Below are positions 13,117-25,685 of a DNA stretch of 64,000 bases, piece after piece; within the stretch, counting starts at the first letter, position 1; each line of letters starts with the position of its first letter. A program made the position numbers and the translations under genes. Origin of the DNA: Octopus sinensis (taxonomy: Eukaryota); assembly GCF_006345805.1 (NCBI RefSeq), contig NC_043000.1, forward strand, positions 143,592,001-143,656,000, given 5' to 3'. The notes beneath the pieces are model-generated. The model was not told the origin of the DNA. It searched no databases and was given only the letters and a program-made list of their open reading frames with translations.

Positions 13117-14740
13117 TTGTACCAACGTATGGGAGTATAAGTATTTATACACACACATAAATCCGATAACGGAAAAAAGCGCTAAAAGTGTATATAAAAA
13201 TATATATATAATAATATAAATATAATAAAAGTGTTAATAAAGAATATATATATAATAATCCAACATCTGGCTACCTTATTATATATATATATATAAAGAG
13301 AGATAGATAGATAGACATACAAATAACACTAAATATCATTAGGGTGTTACAGAAACGCCTACATGTAGTTAACGTACATGAATGAAAACATATTCACTAA
13401 CAGCGACCATGATCGTCGGAAAAATACACATCGAGAAATCTTAATACTAATTGCTATTTTCCTTCGCCTCATCAGTTGAGACATCTCCGCTTCGGTCCTT
13501 TCCGAACGCTTTTAGGACCATAATAATTTTTTACCACACGCCCATGTGTGCACCCTTACACACAAACACACTCAAACTTACACGCACACACATATAATAT
13601 TTAATTTTTGTATTTGGATCGTAAGATTTTTTATGTGAATTCGTGTGTTCAAGCACATTTTATTGTGTCTGCGGAGAGTCATTCTGTTTAAATGTCTTAT
13701 TAATTAACACACTCACCAGTTCAGTTTCCACTCATTTACATATTTATTTTTTCTAAAATTTTCATTGCTTCTTGCAACCTCTGCAATAGTCATTACATGT
13801 ATGTATGAATGTATGCATGTGTGTATGCATACATATATGTATGCGTGTGTGTACGTTTTTATGTATGTATCCTGAATTTTCAGGTGCTTGTGTGTTCATG
13901 TTTGTGAATTTGTATGTGTGTGTGTATTTTGTACCAACGTATGGGAGTATAAGTATTTATACACACACATAAATCCGATAACGGAAAAAAGCGCTAAAAG
14001 TGTATATAAAAATATATATATAATAATATAAATATAATAAAAGTGTTAATAAAGAATATATATATAATAATCCAACATCTGGCTACCTTATTATATATAT
14101 ATATATAAAGAGAGATAGATAGATAGACATACAAATAACACTAAATATCATTAGGGTGTTACAGAAACGCCTACATGTAGTTAACGTACATGAATGAAAA
14201 CATATTCACTAACAGCGACCATGATCGTCGGAAAAATACACATCGAGAAATCTTAATACTAATTGCTATTTTCCTTCGCCTCATCAGTTGAGACATCTCC
14301 GCTTCGGTCCTTTCCGAACGCTTTTAGGACCATAATAATTTTTTACCACACGCCCATGTGTGCACCCTTACACACAAACACACTCAAACTTACACGCACA
14401 CACATATAATATTTAATTTTTGTATTTGGATCGTAAGATTTTTTATGTGAATTCGTGTGTTCAAGCACATTTTATTGTGTCTGCGGAGAGTCATTCTGTT
14501 TAAATGTCTTATTAATTAACACACTCACCAGTTCAGTTTCCACTCATTTACATATTTATTTTTTCTAAAATTTTCATTGCTTCTTGCAACCTCTGCAATA
14601 GTCATTACATGTATGTATGAATGTATGCATGTGTGTATGCATACATATATGTATGCGTGTGTGTACGTTTTTATGTATGTATCCTGAATTTTCAGGTGCT
14701 TGTGTGTTCATGTTTGTGAATTTGTATGTGTGTGTATTTG
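13117..14740 (+). repeat. 812-bp tandem duplication (2 copies)
   Basis: accaacgtatggg at 13121 and 13933; caggtgct at 13881 and 14693; constant offset of 812 and no differences seen by eye. Confidence 0.95.
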
Positions 14741-15124
14741 TGTGTGCATGTTTGAGTTTGTATATGTGTATGGATTAGTTTGACTACGTACGTGCGTCAG
14801 TTAAGTATAGATATGTGTCTCCATATGTGTCCTCGTGTGTGTATGTGCATGAAATGTGCGTGTGTGTATAGGGTCATCTGTTTCAGACTTCTTTAGTATA
14901 TGTGTATGTGTATATGTGTGTATGTGTGCTTGTCTGTCCGTATTTACTATGTACCTTTTTATACTTATCTATCCGTTTACTTATATATCCATTTACCTAC
15001 TTATATATATAGATGTGTGTGTGTGAGTGTGTGTGTGTGTATGTGTGGTGAGTGTGTGTACGTCTACATATCAGCCTACTAACAAATCTACATGTGTATG
15101 TATAAACTGTGGTTATCGGGGCAT

Positions 15125-15530
15125 TGCTACATTCTACGCATAGCTCCTATGTTGTACTGGGCATGTTTCTCTTATGAGGACGTGCTTCTGCATTTATCTG
15201 AGTGTTGTGTCCTTCGAGTGCTTGGATAAAACGCGGATGCCAAGTCGAGGCTCTGTGCCTCCATATTGATCTTTGGCATTTTGGTACAGTATGGAGAGCT
15301 GTTTTTGCTGTCATATTGTCTCCAATATTCACTTACCCCGTCCGCAATGATTGTAGATATCTCATCAATGTACGTAAAGTCCTTGTCTTTAAAAGCACCC
15401 TCTATGCAGCTTATGCTGTAGGCTACATTTCTAGTTCTACAGTTAATGCCAGGGTAAATCTTACATACCATGCAGTTCTCATTGGCGCATGTGGTATTCA
15501 CACAGGGGTACGTCCTACATAGTTGTGATC
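15125..15530 (-). pseudogene. Penelope-like element GIY-YIG endonuclease remnant
   Basis: CMVCKIYPGINCRTRNVAYSISC...FTYIDEI...SEYWRQ, then after a frameshift SILYQNAKDQYGG...IRVLSKH...LR and AEA-VLIRE. This matches the C-x-T-x-N-V-V-Y-x-I-x-C...YIGET...EH...EA-x-x-I pattern of PLE endonucleases. Confidence 0.75.
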
Positions 15531-15690
15531 TGTTACAAGTGGGTATATATATTAGGGAGTAAAAAAATTATATATATATATCATATATATTATATTAATT
15601 ATATTTATATTATTTGTTATTTATGTATTGATTTATGTCTATCACTGTTTGAGTTACATAATAGTGGTCTTATCTCTAATTCATATTATA

Positions 15691-15784
15691 TATAAAGTAG
15701 AAACAATGTTTACTCCAGCACAGTAGTATATATATATATATATATATAGTACTGTGCTGATGTGAATATTGTTTCTACTTTATA
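15691..15784. repeat. Hairpin: ~35-bp imperfect inverted repeat around a (TA)n loop
   Basis: tataaagtagaaacaatgtttactccagcacagta vs reverse complement of tactgtgctgatgtgaatattgtttctactttata; 4 mismatches. Confidence 0.85.
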
Positions 15785-15835
15785 TCATTTTGCAAATACA
15801 CTTATTGCTTATAGATCACTAAAGCGTTTGTTATT

Positions 15836-16015
15836 AAACAAATCTTGTATTCATTTCATAGTATTCAAGCCCTGATTTTTGCACCCCTACAGTTTCATAT
15901 TTATAAATTATAGTAGAGTCCTGATAGTGTTCTTCAAAACACCTTATGTGATAGATTAGTTCCCTAGTTTTGCAGTGGTACTCTAGATTGGTTTTGACCT
16001 CTTTGTATTTCTACA
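15836..16015 (-). pseudogene. Second, more diverged GIY-YIG-like remnant
   Basis: An open stretch not in the ORF track reads KYKEVKTNLEYHCKTRELIYHIRCFEEHYQDSTIIYKYET, with the same spacing as CRTRNVAYSISCIEGAFKDKDFTYIDEI at 15172-15501. Confidence 0.55.
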
Positions 16016-16251
16016 GACGTTTTTCTTAATTGTGTATGACTTGCTCAGTAGTAGCTCAACTGATATATCTTATTTGCTATTACTTTGATTTTAAGTTGTG
16101 TTTCATGAAGTGAATTTCTGAATTCATGGGTATGCTTACCTCAGTATGTAGCACCGATGACCACCTCATATTTTCTTTTATCCTTTCGTGAGTTTTCTCA
16201 TTTGCACGAAGTTCTTATGTGATAACTTTCCTTATAAATACATACATATAC

Positions 16252-16286
<35 letters not shown>

Positions 16287-16318
16287 TATATATATATATA
16301 ATATATATATATATATAT

Positions 16319-16363
<45 letters not shown>

Positions 16364-16365
<2 letters not shown>

Positions 16366-16502
16366 ACGGGAAGCTTTATGAAAATAAACAAAAGACGAAG
16401 GCAGGTGGAAGACAAACGAACAATTGTATTAGTATGGCGCTCAGGAAATATAAATAAAACAAGTCTTTAACGTTTCGAGCCTACGCTCTTCAACAGAAAG
16501 AT
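16364..16502 (-). mobile_element. Short hammerhead-bearing repeat, family 2
   Basis: Homologous to 20781-20863, 25103-25272, 41449-41533 and 42025-42170; abuts a (TA)n tract. Confidence 0.7.
16465..16500 (-). ncRNA. Minimal hammerhead-like motif (family 2, CTGTTGA core)
   Basis: CTTT-CTGTTGA-A-GAGC(GTAG)GCTC-GAAA-CG-TT-AAAG; palindromic ACGT in stem III. Confidence 0.6.
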
Positions 16503-17037
16503 ACATATATATATATATATGCTACACAACAGTGGTATTATAATTTTGTTTTCTCCTTCCCTTGTGATATCTTGTGATTGCGTATTGCACTCAGATGTTT
16601 CGTTCCGTAACCCAACTCAGTATATTTGAATTTCCGTTCGTGTTGCAGGCTTTCTTTTTAATGCCACTTCTTAAAGCTTTTAAGTGGTTTGAAGTGTCGT
16701 ACCATACATTCTTTTGCAGATACGATTTGTTTAAGCTTTCGTTTTGCTTTCAAAAATCTCTTGTTTTCATTGATATTATACATTTTCGGATTTTGGGCTT
16801 CATGCTGAATCTGTCTTTCCCACTGCTGTAATTAAGGATATGTCATTATTGCTTTACTTGCTTTCTTTTTAGCACAGTACCATGGTAGTTGGTTCTTAGA
16901 GAATTAAGATCAAACCCGGTTTCCCCCCCAAAATTACATAACCTCTTCTCAATTGATTAAATAATACACCTGTTGGTATTGGCATAGCTCGTGTATGCGT
17001 CATATTTTCTACCACACGTGATACTCTACTCTCTGTG

Positions 17038-17433
17038 CTCTTTTACTTGTTTCAGTCATTTGACTGCGGCCATGCTGGAGCACCGCCTTTAGTCGAGCAA
17101 ATCGACCCCGGGACTTATTCTTTGTAAGCCCAGTACTTATTCTATCGGTCTCTTTTGCCGAACCGCTAATTGACGGGGACGTAAACACACCAGCATCAGT
17201 TGTCAAGCAATGTTAGGGGGACAAACACAGACACACAAACATATACACATACACATATATATATATACATATATACGACAGGCTTCTTTCAGTTTCCGTC
17301 TACCAAATCCACTCACAAGGCATTGGTCGGCCCGGGGCTATAGCAGAAGACACTTGCCCAAGATGCCACGCAGTGGGACTGAACCCGGAACCATGTGGTT
17401 GGTAAGCAAGCTACTTACCACACAGCCACTCCT
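17038..17433 (-). mobile_element. tRNA-derived SINE, family B (full length, internal microsatellite)
   Basis: Minus-strand head aggagtggctgtgtggtaag...gggttcagtccc (A/B-box-like); copies at 20893, 29554, 39942 and 59755. Confidence 0.9.
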
Positions 17434-18204
17434 GTTAATTTTTTTTTATATTTGCGGTGTTCAAATCGATGTATGGCGTTTAAATATTCGCTTTTCTAAA
17501 TTATTTCTGATAGGTCCTCCTGAACTTTAGCTGATTGGTATATGGTGTCATTTTCGTTTCTTATTATATACTTTTTGTTAAGTCTCCTTATCTAATGACT
17601 TTGATCACGAATATGTACAAATTGAAATACTCAAGAAGTTTGAAATGAAACGAAAAATATACTAGTAATAAACTAAACCATTCGACACAAATCAATAGAA
17701 CTGGAGGCATAACATCTCATAATGTTATACATCATCTAAAATAGAGTACTTACAACTTATATCCTAAGCAAGAGACATGGTGATCATTAGTAGTTTTCAA
17801 ACAGAAGCCTCTCTATATTTCACATGGATAAATACAAGAAGCATCCAATAAACTGACATATATCACTCAATGCATACTTAAAAAAACGCGAGGAAATTAC
17901 ATCAGCATTCTCCTACGCGATATTTCCTCAATAAAATATCACACGATATACATTTGAATAATCAATAGCGCTTGTTCTACGCAATCATCGTTTGAAACTA
18001 AAGTTTAATATCAGTTCCATTGCATATATATATATATAAATGATAGCGCACACGATTGACTCTACACATATTTCGCACAACAAACGAAACAATGAAAAAT
18101 AGAAGAAACTATAAAAGTAAGTTCACAACAAATCAAATTTGAAGTAGACTGCATCTACAATCATACGTTCTCGACGATGATGCACACACAGATGAAGGCA
18201 GATA

Positions 18205-18362
18205 TACATTTACCAATTTAGGCACAAAGCCAGGAAATGTGAAGCGAATGTTGTACTTGGTTCGGAATTTATCTTAATTTTCCGACCTAGAGAGTTGAAA
18301 GAGTAAATTTAATCGGGCGAATCAATGCCGCAAGGTGTTTTACCTGGGCTATAACGATTCGG
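18205..18362 (-). mobile_element. Diverged SINE family A copy
   Basis: The reverse complement aligns loosely to the head and 3' end of the family A copies (36600, 53888, 54683). Confidence 0.5.
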
Positions 18363-18376
18363 AGAGTTTGGAAATA

Positions 18377-18439
<63 letters not shown>

Positions 18440-18443
18440 AATA

Positions 18444-18513
<70 letters not shown>

Positions 18514-18630
18514 ATAATAATAATAATAATAATAATAGGATTAACTTTTCGCACGAGACCAACAATTTCAAATCAGGGAAAGTCGATTGCATTGAACTCT
18601 GTTCAACTCCTATTTATCTTATCGGTACCT
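18377..18630 (-). mobile_element. Diverged SINE family A 3' half with an expanded (TAT)n/(AGT)n tail
   Basis: 18538-18630 reverse-complements to catccttcaggtaccgataag...aatcgact...; the (TAC)n/(TAA)n tract at 18377-18537 sits where its tail would be. Confidence 0.55.
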
Positions 18631-20780
18631 GAAGGATGCCAGGTGATGTCACATGCGTGGCATTTCAAGTTTGAACGTAAAGGACAGGTTGAAAGGCTGC
18701 TAAGCATTTCTTCTGGCTGTTTGCAATGTGAGTTCAAATACAAACTTTGCCTTTCATCTATGAAGACCGGCAAATAAGATAACACTCAAGTATTCGTGTT
18801 AATGTAAACGACGAATCATCTCGCACTAAAATTGATGTCCTTCTGCCAAAATTTCAAAGGATTAGTATTACAACGGTAATTGCTAACTATGAATCTAATA
18901 TATCAAAATCTCCATTGATGGTGAATACCGCAATGAGTATGTGATGATGAGGATGCTGATGATGTGGAGGAAGTTGTGGTGGATGAAGAGCTTAATGTAT
19001 AACTGATTTACATAATGCCTTATAACAACCTTATTTAATCAGTTTGATGAATAGGACTAACTCTTCCGGATGACAAGTAAGCATTCGTCTCTCCTTCCGA
19101 AATAAATTAATTAATTAACAGCTTTATTATAATTTATATTTTTGTTGCGATGAAAAGTGTAAACTTCATCCTATCAGAACGAGGACTGATACAAAGGTTG
19201 TAATTTAGATTCACCATTCAATTATCATTTCGATAATTAATTATGCTTGATAACATAATTCATTTTGGAATACTAAGAAGTATTTTGCTGTCTTCGTGAC
19301 AAATGCGTACAAAATGTTAAGTTGCAAACTATGCATCTGGATACTGAATATCATATCAGTATCTCAGTGATGACGCGTTACCAAATTAAGTTAAATCCTG
19401 TTAAATCTTCTCGAATAACATCATTTCCGCGCTAGGAATCAGGATAATATGGTCTGTTAACGGAAAGAATGTGTTAAACTGAACAGAGTTATTCATGTAA
19501 TGTACAACTAATTATTTCTAATGAATTTATATTCAATTATGTTCCAGTAAGTATCCTAGTATGGGCGTGTGTTTATTAATTTGTAATATGGTTGGATAAT
19601 ACCTGATTCATCTATGTAAAACTTATGATGTTAGGAATAGGTAGATGCTTATCAATACAATGTAAATAACATGTATTATCGCAAATTAATCAGAAGGGTT
19701 CTACATCTCAAATTAATCTCAGTTTCAAATTTTGATGGAAGAGAATGAAGCAAAAAAAAAAAAAAAGAAAAAAAACATATTTAATTATTCGTAGTCCCCT
19801 AGATAACAATATGTAAGACATCAATGAATATTCGTTTTATTATCTAAAGGAATGGAGGCATATCTATACAGTCATGAACTTGGGTCATGAGACTGGAATG
19901 TATTGAAAATAATTTTATGAATGTAATATCATTTTTCACTGCTAATTGAAGATTTTAACAAAAGTGAAGAAAAAACAAGGAATTTAAAATTATACACTTT
20001 TATAATAATAAAACTATGCTGAGTACAATATGTATTGAGAGGTGCATAATATATTTAGAAGGAATACCAGAAGCATGTAAGAAAATACAGACTGGATGAA
20101 AAAGATAAAACAATATTTTGAAAAATAAGGTGAGATATTTAAAAGGTTTATTTTGTGGAACAATCTTTCCATTTTAAGCAAGACATTTCACTACAGGAAA
20201 TCTTGAAATCATAAAAAGAATTCCTTCATTTACAGATATGACAGTACTATCATATTTGAATTCTATTCATTAGACTCAATGTTGTCATAATTTGCTTTTT
20301 GAAGGAAACCTACAATGCTTTCAGAATGCAAAAGAAAGAAATATCGAAAACGGTTCTGCACTAAATTAAAGAATGTATTGTATTCTAAGTCGCCTCCATA
20401 ACTTTTTGTTTAAAATATAATACACGAGATTTAAAGATAGAAACTATGAGACAACTTGAAAAGAAATGAAAAGAAATTAAGAATATAATCAATACGAAAA
20501 GGAAATGTTGAAAATTTGTGCTAGAACTAAATTTTGCTAGACGTTTTCATTTTACGGAATTAAATTTGCATATCATTATGTGTTTACCTTAATCGAAACA
20601 CCAACCATATTTCTAATTTATTTGAATCAACTATTTTTGGTATGACTTCTCATTCATCTTTCCGCCGTCTTTCAGAAACGCTACTTCGTAAGTAACAGGA
20701 TCGTGATTCACTTTTATTTTTGTGTCATGGAAAATCCATGTCTTTTCTCGTCTAATTTTGTGCGATGAATATGATTCTTC

Positions 20781-20860
20781 ATGTTGACAATTTCTTTTAT
20801 ATATACAAACAAAAGACGAAGGCAGGTGGAGTACAAACAAACAAATGTATTAGTATGGTG

Positions 20861-20863
<3 letters not shown>
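20781..20863 (-). mobile_element. Family 2 repeat fragment, truncated before the hammerhead
   Basis: acaaaagacgaaggcaggtgga...tgtattagtatgg matches 16364-16448. Confidence 0.75.
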
Positions 20864-20892
<29 letters not shown>

Positions 20893-20894
<2 letters not shown>

Positions 20895-21240
20895 CTTGCT
20901 TCCCAACAACATATTTCGGGGTTCAGTCAACTGCGTACCAAACTTGACCAAGTGTCTTCTACTATAGCCCCGGACCGATCAAAACCTTGTGAGTGGATTT
21001 GGTACACGGAGAAGGAAAGGATTCCGTTGTGTATATATATTTGTGCGTGCATATTTTTGTATCTGTGTTTCTCCCCTGCCATTACTTGACAACACATGTA
21101 GGTGTTTTTAGGTACCCGTAATATAGTCATTCGGCTAGAATAAGTACTAGGCTTACAAAGAATAAGTCCTGGGGTCGCTTTGCTTGACTAAAGGCGGTGC
21201 TCCAGCAGGGCTACAGTCAACTGACTGAAATAAGTAAAAG
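20893..21240 (+). mobile_element. SINE family B copy (5' end truncated)
   Basis: Aligns to the reverse complement of 17038-17433. Confidence 0.85.
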
Positions 21241-23314
21241 TATAGAAGAATAATATCATTGAGACAGCAGCATATACTTTTCATTGGTATTTGCATCGTA
21301 ATACCTTATAATATATCATTCATGCTAGTGGCAAATCGGCTCACATATATATGTGGGTGTGTGTACGTCTGTGCGCGCGTGTGTAGGCATGTGCATGTGT
21401 GCATGTGTGTGTGAACGTGTGTGAAAATGTGTGTGTTTGCTATAACGTGCTGTTTTTGTTAAAGTGGAAAGTTGTTGGAAGAATGATGTCAAAGCAATAA
21501 TTATAATAATATAAAATTGCACGCAAAATACCTTTAGCTAGAAAATTAAGCCCATCGTATTCTGATAAATTTTCAAAGGAGGCTTTGAGCAAGTTACATA
21601 ATGGCGTTAGAAAGATCATCGCAGTATCATCAAATAACACAAACCAAAAGCTTCAACTACACCAAATTAGCTAATGAAGAACTTGAAAAATTTTTTGAAT
21701 AAATTTCACCGAGAGATTATATGATCACTTCTAGCATGTCATAAATTTATCTACAAAATACGCTTTCATCTCTTTCTAATTATGCAACGAAATAATACAC
21801 CAAAATTCAGAAACGCCATTAATAAGAGTAATATATTAAATACGATGCTGTTGTTACACATAAATCTATCGTAGTCAACACTGGAATCAAGACATGAATT
21901 CTTACACATTGGTACAAAGACATTATCATCAGGCTTCAGAAACTCACCCAGAGCCACACTTTCATCTCGTTGTCTCGTTTTCTTCGTTGTCTGCAGCTGT
22001 ATTTGCTATCCACTTACGTGCAAGCCAAACCTGAAGCAACAGTTCCACTTATCGGCTCTACAGCTTCTCACTTTCCGCTGACCACATTAGCAATTATTAC
22101 GATATGTATTACAATTTTTGTCGTTGGATGGCAACTCTGATTTCCTATTTGCTTACCTCTAATATTTCCTTCAGACATTTCTTTTGCTAAATTTATTCAC
22201 ACTCCAAAGCATCCCTCTCAACACATGGCTATAATGCTTCCCCACTACCCCTTATCATGATCAGAGATATAAATATTATAAGCCAATAAATTATATACAC
22301 CAATGATTCGGATCAAGCAACTAACAAGCAAATCTGTAATAATGAGCAGAATATTTGTTATAACGATATTCCGGCATTAGCACTGAATCTCTCTCAAGTG
22401 TAATGGAAAACATATCAGTTCCAAAACATCGATGTACAGGTCACAAAATGAAAGTAATAGCTTATGTTTTACTTGTCTGAAAGCATCTATTTTAAAATCT
22501 TACAATTAGTGTTAGTCATATGTCATTATAAACACACACACATATATATACATATGTATTTGTAGCTAGATTTATAATTAAAATTAAAGTTAAGATTGGA
22601 GACATTAAGATGCACTATCCAAACCTTGTTTCAGGTAAGTCCCAAGCAGTTTTTTGGCAGAGCATGTTCACTACTTATGGCTACCTGGTGTCATCCGTGA
22701 TATCCCACTAACTGGAACTACGTAAGGAAGGCATAGGTGGGAAGCGGTCTATGTTCTGATATTAATGCGGGCCATATGGCAATTAAGCAGCCATAAAGTC
22801 TAAAGACGGAGGCCAAAACCCCATAAAATTTCACGCTTCACTTCCATAACTATCCATCAACGGTCTCCACAAATTTTAGGCCTTTCAATCCAATACCTTT
22901 AACACTCCAGCTTTAAATTATATTCATTGTATGTTTTATCAGCCACTTCCTGTATACAGACCAAAGTATCCTTACGACACCAATGTGTGTTAACTACTAG
23001 CAACACACCATGATACTATGAGCATCCAACCTGGAGCGAAATGCAAATCTTACGAATTTTGAAGCTATTTAGATTACCCGGGTGATGCTTTGTTGCACTA
23101 CGAGATGTATCTGATGTCATAAGAGAAAAAGTCCACCAATTTTTTCACTTAAATATATTTATTTATATTATAAAGAGGGCATTATAACACATAAATGCTA
23201 CACGCTTGGAGGGACTCTGAAAGTCAAAACTACTAAAATAAATAATTATTTATTTTAGTCCCTCCTAGCGTGTGGCATTTATGTGTAATAATGCCCTCTA
23301 TACAATTATATATA

Positions 23315-23357
<43 letters not shown>

Positions 23358-23361
23358 ATAT

Positions 23362-23394
<33 letters not shown>

Positions 23395-23401
23395 ATATAT
23401 A

Positions 23402-23434
<33 letters not shown>

Positions 23435-23630
23435 ATATAATTTTTATTCGATAAATTTTTGATAGTGACTTCGAAGTTTAGGTAGTTTGCAGCAACTTGT
23501 ATATCTTTGTCGAAATTGACCCATTAAATTAATGTAAAATTGTTTTCTGTATGTATCATCATAACTGAATATAAAAACTAACACTAAAATATACCTACGC
23601 ACAGACACACACACACACACACTCATATAT

Positions 23631-23665
<35 letters not shown>

Positions 23666-24976
23666 TTATGTATACGTAAATATATGTACGTGTTTGTGTG
23701 TGAGCGCGTAAAAATATATATGCATATGTTTGTGCTCTGACGCCTAACCAAACATATACTGGACTGATATTTTCAATTGAGCTTGACTGGTGGGCAACTT
23801 TCTCTCGCAATATTAGAGAATTTGTAGTCGTCGAAACTTTGAAGTAAATGCCAAGCAAATATTTGTTAGAATAAAAAAAAGCTACAATTTACGGAGCAGT
23901 ATTCTCTGTTTCTGTTGTGTTCATGTTTTCCTGCTGAATATATGTAATACACATTACTGCGTATGTTTGTGTGTCTCTTTTTGTGAATCTCATGCTTTTT
24001 TTTTTGTTTATTCTTTATTTTTTGTCACTGCATTAATCTGATGAAAAGCTTTTGCAGCAAGTATGCCTCCGGCATTTTCGCAAAGAAGGATTTCTCCAAA
24101 AGATGATCGGTTCTATTAATTGTAAAGCAGAAAGCGTTGATAGATGTTTCCTCAAGCCTTTTCCCAAAGCATAAGCTATGTTGCTGAAACATTGTTGAAA
24201 TCCTATATATGCCATTTTTATGTTTCATCTTAAAATTATACGAATTTAGTTATTATTAGTGACCAAATTCTTCATTATTCTTCTTGAAGTACGAAACTAC
24301 ATATATCGCGTTCACTTTGATGAACTTGACACAACTAATGAGTTTTTCTCACGTATTTATATTTGAATCAAAATCAATCAAAGCTGTTTTTTCAGTTAAA
24401 CGTGTTAAATTAGTATCTGTTCTTATTTCTGTCGTTTTAAAAATACTATTCTTAATCGTTTAATGTTCATAAATCCTCAGTACAATAACATGTACTGGTT
24501 TGGAATTATTTAACTTTACTGCTTTTCAAAATTTCCATAAAATTGATTTTCAAATTTTATTCCATGTTTTCTTCGGTGCTTTAACAATGGCTAATATGTC
24601 CTCCATTTCCTCATATAAATTCTACACTTCTTGGTGGTTATTCGCCTTTATGTTTAGCTTAGTCTACCAAAATACTCGGGTATTACAATTGGCAGGAAAT
24701 ACAATTTAACAAAATGTGAAGTATCGCGATATTGATGATAATATATTTCTTAAAAAGCGAATGTGGAACATATCCAGTATTCATTTCGTAAGTAGAAACT
24801 GGTATGTTCAATAACCTACACCATTGCTTAGTAAAACGCCATCTGAGTTATGGATTGATACAAAATCAATAGGATATCACGTGAGATACATGTTCATGCA
24901 ACTAACTCTGTAATGATATATACACTAAATACGCATATGCGTCAGTCCACAAATTCTCATATTTAAAAGTTTACAT

Positions 24977-25019
<43 letters not shown>

Positions 25020-25102
25020 ATCACTCTCTCCAGACACAACAATATATATATATATATATTGATCTATCAGTCGCCATGATAGATCGGTAGCCACTACACA
25101 CA

Positions 25103-25272
25103 TTTTTTCTCTCCTTATTTCTCTACATGTTTTTCTGTGTCCCTTTCTGTAGAAGAGCGTAGGCTCAAAACGTAAAAGACCTTTTTTATTCCTGAGCGTT
25201 ATACTAATACATCTGTTGTTTTGTATACTACCTGTCTTCGTCTTTTTTTTTTTTCGTAAACTCTCCTTATAT
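25103..25272 (+). mobile_element. Family 2 hammerhead-bearing repeat (G12 mutated)
   Basis: 25143-25178 CTTT-CTGTAGA-A-GAGC(GTAG)GCTC-AAAA-CG-TA-AAAG, followed by cctgagcgttatactaatac. Confidence 0.7.
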
Positions 25273-25307
<35 letters not shown>

Positions 25308-25312
<5 letters not shown>

Positions 25313-25685
25313 CTATATAAACGGCAGTTTGTCTGTGTGTGTTTCTGTGTGTCTGTTTGCTTGTACCCTCACCCTGACCACGGCTTTCAACCGATTCTGA
25401 TGAAACTTGACACACACATAGCCCAATGTCATAATTCAAACTAACGCAGCGAAAATTTTGAAAAGTTCCCCCAGTTCTGAAAAGAATGATAAATTCGACA
25501 TGGGGTCGACAATTAGAAACACAAACAGCAAACTGTCTAGGGGACGCAACTCCACCTTTTTAACTAAAAAAAAAATTTACCATCATTTTTTTCCATTTTT
25601 TTGCTATTTTTTGGCTATAACTCTCTAAAAATGCTTTATAGTTATTTCCCTTACAAACCTGAGCAACGCCGGGCGATACTGCTAG
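25308..25685 (+). mobile_element. Non-autonomous Helitron-like element (378 bp)
   Basis: A|TC 5' end (tctctctatataaa), subterminal hairpin cctgagcaacgccggg, CTAG|T 3' end, inserted at an AT inside (TA)n, no TSD. Confidence 0.75.

Noticed and set aside
13460-13530. CTGATGA with a nearby GAAG and hairpin on the minus strand (also in the duplicate copy)
   Set aside because: Cannot be folded into any hammerhead topology; stems I and II are missing.
21500-23150. Higher-complexity stretches suggestive of decayed TE coding sequence; perfect CAG|GTAAGT at ~22631 on the plus strand
   Set aside because: No recognisable protein motif in any frame I read, and no good acceptor to pair with the donor.
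24025-24228. Minus ORF starting MAYIG, as a possible GIY-YIG
   Set aside because: The other motif elements (C-x-T...Y-x-I-x-C, ET, EH) are absent.
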